A stretch of DNA of 64,000 bases from Dimorphilus gyrociliatus. Lineage: Eukaryota; Animalia; Annelida. The notes beneath the pieces are model-generated. The model worked only from the letters and a program-made list of their open reading frames with translations, ran no database searches and was not told where the DNA came from. Where the stretch lies: positions 1,565,700 through 1,629,699 of the forward strand of contig CAJFCJ010000019.1 of assembly GCA_904063045.1 (NCBI GenBank). The letters run 5' to 3'. This document shows positions 55,039 to 64,000 of this stretch, piece after piece. Each line of letters starts with the position of its first letter. The first letter of the stretch is position 1. The translations under genes were made by a program, and so were the position numbers.

Positions 55039-56624
55039 TACGTCAATAAGGAATATCTTTGCAGTATTCAGGCTAGATCATTACTCTCGTTTTTAGAGAT
55101 GTAAATTTCCAATCATATAAAAGACGATAATAGGGGGATTTGTTGGAATGCAGTAAAGTTTTCGTAAAAAATTAGTGGTAGGGCAATCCATCAATTAAAA
55201 AGCCATTTCAACTAAGTGTATAATAATAGCGCATAAATTTATGTGTATGCTTAACTAGAATATCAATAGTTCATTCATCGGCACGAAAATAATAAGATTA
55301 GTAGAGACCTCTATCGTTCAATAACAAAAAAAAAAAACTATTCACAATGAGCAAATGTACGTTAAACGACGGATTTCAATACTTAAGCTTTTTGTACGAA
55401 ATGAAAGGAAAGGAAGTTTAATATGTTAGCGATTATTTTTTAAATTTAAATTAATCGAACCATTCAATAAAACATTTAAATCAGAGAACTTGAACTAGTG
55501 ACTTGAAAGTCTTTTTAACACATTTTACTTAACGAATAATAACAAAGGAGAAAACTTTTATGATGTATTTGTCCGATATTTAGTTCAATCTCTACTTAAA
55601 AATTCAAAAGTATTTGTTGTAAATGCGATATATGTTTTTATATTAACGCTCTGTCTCTTGATTCTCTTGACTGCACGTGTTTCCTTTCTTTTCATAGTCC
55701 TTGCAATAGAAAAAGTACGTGTAAATTTAAAATATAAAAATATATTAGTACAGTCATAAAAAACTTTATAGATACTTTCATATACGAATATAATATTTCA
55801 CAATCGAAATATCTACTATACCTTGAAACTTTCAAGTATATTTACGTGTTTTCTTTTGTTTCTCCCCATTTAATTTGCTTTTATGCAAGAAGGAAAAATA
55901 GATTAAGTAATTGCATAGTTGTTTTTTAGTATACGATATAACTTAGGCGAAGATCTTTCATGTTTTGCTTTTCTTTCTAGCTATTTAAAGCTCATTACTT
56001 AAGTTATATTAATACTTGAAATCTATATATATATATATATATATACTGCATATAATGCCATTGCGTTTTGATTTCTATGAATTATTCTTATTTCTTCTTT
56101 ATGAATTCTATATATGATAATACAATTTCATTCCTTTGTATTCCTGCCTTTTCTATAAGAAATTTCTAGAGCTGGTAGAAAATCTTCGTAAACGTTTTCA
56201 TTTGTTTATTCAATTTTAAAGGGCAAAGAAGCTGTCCAAGGGAAAGAAAGCTATTTTTTTAGTTTATCATTTTCCTTTCGTTTTCAAGAGAAAATTGTAG
56301 ATATCTCTATCAATAAACATTTTCATTGGTTTCATTTAACGCTAAAAGCAAAGAATATATCCGAGGGAGAGGCAGCTTATTTTCTTATGAATATTTATAT
56401 TATTAAGTTTACAATTATTTAAATATTTGATATGTAAACTCATTAAATATATAAGTAAACATATGTATAAATATATATATATTAAAGTATAAATTTATAG
56501 CAATTTGACGCTGAGTTTTCAAGTAGGCTGAGAAAGTATAAAAAAATAAAAAAAAGAATGAACAACAAGAAAAAAAAAATAGTCTATGAAAATTGTTTTA
56601 AGCGCAAACAATAATAATTTCGTT

Positions 56625-58936
56625 TTACTTGATAGCTTTCTTTTCTGTCCTTACTCCCGAGTATTTCCTATTAAATTTATAAAGGTAGCAATGACTGCGA
56701 CCAGATGTCACATTGACAAGATGTATAAACGTTTCAATGTCAAAGATAATTTCGTGCTCCGCGCTTTCGTCCCATTTTTCTTCCAAGGGGAAACTTGTCA
56801 ACAGAGAACCGTTATTATCGTCGTACAAGGAAAGAACACATTCACTGGTTCTTTCATCTAATACAACCAGATATAATACTTCCAAATCATCTTCATAGCC
56901 CATTAGTGGTATAATCTTAAAGGAGAGAATGCATTAGTCAAAAATGTCAGGATTATATTTGAAAAAGATAATAATCATCGGAATATAACAAAAAAAATTG
57001 ATAACCTTTTGATAATTATGAATAATTCCATCTTTCTTCGTTGATTTTATAAGTCGCCCTGATGATGTATACTAGTAGCCAATAAAGAGATATTAGTCTT
57101 TAAAACAATATATCATATATAAGATATACAACTTTCTGTTCTTCGCTTTGCTCAGGAGGAGATGCCGTAATTGTGTAAGACTCTTTAAATTCGTCTGTCC
57201 CATGACTCTGCTTTAGGCATCTTAAAAGAAATAAAAGAAAATGATAGAATAAAGATGATTAGTGCTTTAGTATTTATCCATTGTTTATTTGTTCTTGTTT
57301 TGTTTTTTTCATACCGAACAAGATGATAATTTGTAAAGATTATCCGTCCCGATTCGTCCGAATGGAAATTACACTTGTCATCTTCAATAAAATTCTTACC
57401 AGTTGGAATTTCTATTACCTACATAAGTATAATTATATAAAATTCTAAAAACACAAACATTTAAATAATTCTCACAAGTGTTCTATTTCTCAAGGTTTCT
57501 ATTTTAAAATGATTTTCATGCATACATATATATGAGTAGGGAAAACCTCCAATTTCGAAGGAATGCTTCTCACTAAGGACATCAAATAAAGGTGGTGGAA
57601 GATCTGCATAGAAATCATTATCAAACTGAACAAGTAAAAATAACACAAACCATCGCAACTAATATTAAACGGAAGACCATCTTCATCACTTCCGACAACT
57701 CCATTAAACTCGGGACAAAATTCCCCCAATTCAGCGTCGAATCTTTTACCCTATTGCAAAGAGAAAGAAAAAAAAATAAGAGAAATTAATCCAAGTTAAT
57801 TAACTATTAAAGAATATTTATTACTTTTTTAAGAATATCGCGAAAATCATAAATTAGTATTGTACTAGGACTCTTCATTACCAAGAGTAGATCAAAACTA
57901 ACAAGAATATCAACGATATTATCTATAATCTATAAATATGAAGAAAAAGATGTTTTCTTTTATTATTATTAATAAATAATTAGATATTTATATAATAGTA
58001 TTCTTACAGGAAAACTCCATAATCCGACGAATGCAAAAGGTTTTACTTGAAAAAAACCTAATACTTTTCTCTTGACAAATTTTTTCTTCTGCAAGGAAGA
58101 TGCTCCCCCTGGCTAATTTTCGTACAGAGCTTTATAAATGCAGAGACTCTGTAAATTAGGGAAAGTAAAATTTACCTGATTTTCACTTTGCCACCTAAAA
58201 CTTTTCGAATGAATAGCGATTGTTTTTTGATTAACATTCCATTGAATATCTCTAAATTCGAATTGCTTATGGAGAAATACCCTTCTAAGCACTTTTCCAG
58301 TATGCCAATCAATCTCGTATAAACATTTTTTTGTAAGAACATACATAACTGCAGGATATGATATTCCGTAGTCATCCCTCTGTAAAACGTTGAGATAAAT
58401 TTTATTTCTTAAGAGATGGCTATACTGAGTCGAAATAGCTTATGTATACTTACTGATATACTCGTTGATGATATGATATTTATTATCTTTTTACCATGTA
58501 AATTTAGTTTATAAAGACGTCGAGGTCCCCTTTCAGTTCCTGCCCTATACATTTACATATCTTTAAATATAATCTTAATATATATATAATGAAATATCTA
58601 CCAATGATATACTTGGTTGTAATGACTAAAGTATAGTCTCGAACTGGATAGATTTGTTATTAGTTATTATTAGAAAAGATTGTAATAGAATATACTTTTC
58701 ATGATGAATTTTAGATGATGAAGATTTAGACCAAACTTTTTGAAATTTTGCAGTTTCCTTTTCAATGAACAGTAAGTAATAACGATAATAGAGTATTTTA
58801 GTCAACTTACATCACAAACGAGTCTCTTGAGCATTGAAACATTTTTTCTCGTTACCTTTCCGGTTAGATACTCTTTATTAATAATACTTTGGCATATATT
58901 TCGCGGTTTTTTAGATCTAGCCGATGGAAAACTCAT
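56625..58936 (-). CDS. DCAF17: DDB1- and CUL4-associated factor 17, multi-exon
   Basis: ATG 58936 (MSFPSARSKKPRNICQ..MLKRLVCD|ETAKFQKVW..|SRLYFSHY). Also TGKVLRRVFL, LPPPLFDV..FEIGGFPYSYI and GYEDDLEVL..GSLLTSFPLEEKWD..HEIIFD. Confidence 0.88.
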
Positions 58937-59751
58937 GTTAAAAGGAGCCGTGGTTAACGGTCAACTACCGGTTTCTACTTTCAATTTGAGGAGTGTCACG
59001 TTAAACAAAAAAATTTTTTTTTTAATACTTTCAAAAAAAAAATGAAAGAAAGTAAAGAATCTATATTGCAAATATTATACGTTAATTTGACATATTACAT
59101 TTATTATTGATTTAAAGTTAAAGACTGAGAGTACTAATTAGACACAACAGCACACATTCTTTTTACATTTTGTACCGATTCTAACACGTAAAAACAGAAC
59201 AGAAATACAACGTTATTTTTTTATTTATACAATATAAAATGAAAACAGAAAAGTATTATATAATTGGCAGAACATCTGAGTAGGAGAGAGAAAGGGAAAA
59301 GGATAATTGACCAATTTCCGGCTGCATTTTTCATATATGGATACTATACACACATATTGCATACAGTATATATATATACATATATATGTATATATTAATA
59401 GTGATACAAATTTAAATGTATTCTCTCTTGATGCTTTCTTTTGTCCAGTATATTTGTCTTTTCTTCTTTAAATCAACTTTTATCAAATACATCAATACTT
59501 GTTATTATTATTTCATGGAATATTTATAGAACTTGATCCATTTCTTTTGTTAGCTAGGATATTTTTATAAGAACAGGAAAGGAAAAAAGATAGAGCGAGG
59601 GGAAGAAAAAAACACGGGACTGCGGGTTATTTTGATAATCAATAACTGCTGGCTAACGTTAAAAATAATCTTTTTTACGGATAGAAGAATCTTATAGAAC
59701 ATAGTTATTCTATAGTTCTTTCATTGTTTTACATTTAAGTTCTGTTTTTAT

Positions 59752-61167
59752 CTAAAGGATTAGCAACATTAATAAATTTAGGATGGATATGATAACCAAT
59801 GCATAATGGTTTTGTTGGCCAGAATTTGGATTTAAGTTCAAATCGGCCAGATAAGTTGTACGACCGTTTAGAGGTTGAGTTTTCCTGTAGTTGTTTAAGA
59901 GTAGCCCATTCGAGTTATCTTTGCCATCGTACATCGTATACAAGTGCTCGAGCTAAAATAACCAGCAAATATATAATATGTATTGAAGAAATTAATGTAA
60001 ATACGTTTAATAATATTTTGCTTACTTGTTCCTGTGAGATGTAAACGGGTTCTGTAAACAACGTCCAGGTTACAGTTTCGTGACAAGGAGGAACTGTAAG
60101 GCTTCCCTGATACCTGATAACTTTATTTCTATCCTCTGGGAATAGGTTAATAAATGGAAATTCGGGTATATCTACGGTTTTTTCTGTGAAATTTCGTAGA
60201 AAGAAAGAAAGAAAGAGAAACAGTTAATTTTATTTAGTTTTTCTCCCTCAAGTTCCATATCTTACCTTCATAAAGTAATTTTCCAATTTGTTCATCGATT
60301 TTATCGAATACAGCACTTTTTTCTTTGTTAACCTCAATAAATACACCCAAAACAGCCAAGCCATTGTGCTCGGAAGCAGCATCATTTACACTCTTTTTGT
60401 CTAAATGATGATGGACAAAATGCATTTCACCTTTAAACTTTCTTATTGTATTTCCGCTGTTTAAAATATGCTCGCCTTGAGGATTTTCTTTTGTACCTAT
60501 AAATAAATGTCTAAATTAAAGGGTTATAAAAGCCTTTTTCGCAATTGCTTAGAATGGTTCATTAGACATGAAAATAGCTAAGAATAAATAAAAACTGCAA
60601 ACCCCAGTGAAAATGAACATGATCCAATTTGAATTTTCCATTCAGTCCTCCTCCTGATATTATATGATCATGACAAGTTGAAATTTTTATTGAATGGCCA
60701 GTGTGAGTCAGGGTCATGTTACAAGCATGGTTTTCATAACCTTCAAATTTAAATGGTTCAAATTTTGCGGGAACCAAGGCATTTTCATTTATATTAATGG
60801 GAGATTGTTCATCATAACCGCATTTCGCCCATTCTTTATTATTCTTCCAATTATCTTGGTCTGCGAATGAAAATGAGCAATTATATATTATATTTTACCA
60901 TAAGAAGATACCAGCTATAAGGAAGTAGAAGCTAAAGAGGGATAGGGAGGAGGAGGGGGTGGAACAAAGAGCAGGAATATTTAAGATACAATTCATTTAC
61001 CCTTGTAATTCCATTTATCTCTAGACTCTATTTGAAGAAACTGCTGTGTATCTAGGACGAATACGGTTTGAAATATTTAAATAGTTAGAAACAAAGCTGA
61101 TTGTAAATAATTCGACTTAAGGATTAGATGACTTACAAAGAAGAACAAAGAACAAAAAGCGAATCAT
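59752..61167 (-). CDS. Alpha carbonic anhydrase with signal peptide and probable GPI anchor (CA IV-like), multi-exon
   Basis: MIRFLFFVLL|Y..KWNYK|DQDNW..CGYDEQSPINI, TGHSI (proton-shuttle His), HVHFHWG, GEH, EMHFVH (Zn ligands), YQGSLTVPPCHETVTW and NYRKTQPLNGR. Ends NSG plus a hydrophobic tail. Confidence 0.92.
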
Positions 61168-64000
61168 GTTTATCGTTGCTCCAGAATGCACCATATAACA
61201 TACGTTGGGGTATACCTTCTTTAAACTTGCTAGGCTGTAAAGGGCATTGATTTATGCATCAAACTTAGTTCGGATGCTCTTTGATAGAGGGCGTATTTCC
61301 CCTCCCCCCAGTATATACCCAATCTTAATTAGCAATAGCTATAATAAGTATTATTTATTAAAGCTAAAAATTGCTACAAAAGAGATAAAAGCCAAAGGTT
61401 ACATATAAATATATATATATATATATGTATTTATATAAATACAGTATATAAATAGGGAGAGAGAGGGAGAGAGAGGGAGAGAGATAAGCATATATTATGT
61501 TTATTCCTGAAAATGCATCTATATATATATATATATATATACAGCATATATATATATGCGCAAAACGTATACTTTACGTCATAAATATTATTTTTTCAGA
61601 CATATTAATGTTTAATGCTATATGCAAAATATCCAAAGCGTCTAAAGAGATGAAATTAATAATTCTTTCTTATAGATTTACCTTGTAATATAAAGAATCT
61701 TTAAGAAGGTGTGGCTATATAACTGTAGATTTTCTATTTTTAGTAAATGTAGCGAAAAAGTAGTTTGTTTAAAGGAATTAGCCACTTTTTTCACCTACTC
61801 AACGTCTCTGTTTCCTTTTCCCTTTACTTTTTTCATTTTTCTCAATGCGTTTCTCTTTTAAAGATAATTTGAGTGAAGTTGAAAAAAAAAACCTTTGGCA
61901 TTACCAAAGATTTTCCATTTTAATACTATAAAACGCTAATTACTTTGTAAGATAATTCCTCACTCCCGCTTTGATTTTGAAAGGAGCTGAAGTGAAAAAT
62001 ACAATACATTTTCCATCTTATAATCGCTAGAAATCTCACTCCAAAGTCAGATATATTAAATAACAAAGATTCATAAATTTTGTATATTTATATAAATATG
62101 TATTCAATTATAATAAAACACTTATTAACAGGTTGTTTTATGTTTATGTATTATTTGGCTGATGGTATAAAAAATTGTGTTATTTCACTGCACAAAATAG
62201 TGAATATCCTATCAATTTGTCTAATATTGCGCGTGTAAACACTTGTTAAAAGTGCTAACTTGATTATTCCAATAATGCACTGGCAAATCTATATATATAT
62301 ATATATACATTAGAATATATATAAATAGTATATTTGATATATTCTTTTTTGTAGCTTTTTATTACTTTATTTTAAACTGTCAATCTGTCAATTTATTAGT
62401 ACGAAATAGGAAATTCTATATATTTCAGTGTAATTTTTGTTGAATAAAGTCGGCTAAAAATGAAAAATAAAGCGCATTTATAATGTTTTTTTCCAAATGA
62501 ATTGAAGTAAAAAGATGGAAGAAGGAATAAATGACATAGACATATTGCTAATATTTTTTTTAGGAACAGAACTATATGAAAGAAAGAAGCATGTGCTATG
62601 TGGATAATCATTAGGAAAATTTGCTAATTAATATATATTAAAATAGATAAGAAAATTAATCTAATAATTATATATATTTATATATTAAATGATAAAGGAA
62701 AAAGGTATATATATATATACTGTATATAGTGTTTTTCATCACTCACATCTTATTAATGCACATTATATATTTTTAAATTAAAAAAGCCGTTATAGATTTA
62801 AATTCTATTTCCTTTAATTCCATTATACATGAACCAGAGATTAAAAAGTTAATCAATAAAAGAAAATCACGTCTTTATTTATAATTCAGATACAAGAGTA
62901 TAATTATGATATAATAAACTTTCTCTTTATATATATATATATATATACTGTATATAAGGTAAGTTAGTATACTTTTATTATACATACTGTAAATATTTAT
63001 CTTTATATATTTATACTGTATATGTATATTTTTGTTCCTTTTTGAAAAGAGAAACCTATCGATTTACCGACTTCCTACCCTTTTATTAAGAAGTTTCTGA
63101 TTATTCAATAGATAATTTGATTGATCGAGAATATCTTGTAGAAATGGAAATCATATCAGTTGAAATTTTTTACCGCATCGATATAATGGAAATAGCGATA
63201 GTATAGAGTAAATTTTGTAGTAATTCAACTACGAATTTATTAGATAAACGCAAGTTAAATAGTTTAAGTCCTTACGGTACGAATTCCATTCAGGATCAAC
63301 TCGTAAACTACATAAAACGAAGATTGATAGGAAAATCGAATGAAACCGATAGTATGAATTAAGAGCCGCACGATTAACTCTGTGAGTTTCTTAGTAGTTC
63401 TTCAATTTCCGATAGAAAAAACTTTAACTTTCATCTTTAGACAGTAAAGGGCGCGTGGAAAAAGAGATTTGCGATAATCCCAATCTCTAATCTCTAAGCT
63501 AAATTTATAGATATATATATATATATACAGTCAACATCTTACATTCTATATATAGTAAATATGGATATCCATTATAGCTGTAGTGCATTATTGAATTTTT
63601 TTAACTGATTTTGTTAGGTAATATTCTTTGTATTATTATTACAACTGCCAGTAATCCTTGTAACAATGATACTATTGAACAAATTAACACCTGAGTTCTT
63701 CTGACTCTCGTAAGGATGCTTTTTATAGCTGGATTCCTAAAGTTATGGATGGATTATAGCAAATGCAAATAATTACAAACTTATTAGGTCTACATCCATT
63801 TGATCAGTAAAAGCGTTATCAAAAATTGCGCACGAAAACGATCTATTTGGCCGACATAATATGGGGAAAAGAGCCGTCAGCTTTATTATATGCTGACATA
63901 CAAGCATTTTTACTATTATTGTTTTTGAAAAATTCGCTTTCTTTTCTATGTAATAGAAAGACGTCCCCTTGAATTGTAAAATCAGCGTCAGCCAATAGAC

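Overview
AT-rich, gene-dense eukaryotic (animal) DNA with mostly 50-100 nt GT-AG introns. The architecture suggests a compacted invertebrate genome; a miniature annelid such as Dimorphilus is a guess from composition, not proven. I assembled 18 protein-coding genes by hand from exons: POLR1A (partial), DUR3-like urea transporter, GPCPD1, NMES1/C15orf48-type NDUFA4-family subunit, TARBP1, an SMG1-N-terminus-like protein, C12orf4/FERRY3, TAF10, HMGCS1, METTL25-family, CCT4, MTA1-like, MEA1, PPP2R5D-like, AIDA, a 9-finger C2H2 protein, DCAF17 and a GPI-type alpha carbonic anhydrase. The NMES1-like and SMG1-like genes are essentially absent from the ORF track because their exons are short. I recognised no rRNA, tRNA, CRISPR array or transposon. 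Best leads: (1) a ~380-aa gene resembling only the SMG1 N-terminal HEAT region, with no kinase domain and a candidate poison exon; (2) a small membrane-protein ORF whose stop overlaps the METTL25-family start (TAATG); (3) a convergent MEA1-PPP2R5D pair as in mammals; (4) a 12-nt microexon in PPP2R5; (5) a ~6-kb ORF-poor, motif-dense island. All homology calls are from memory of protein families, not from database searches.
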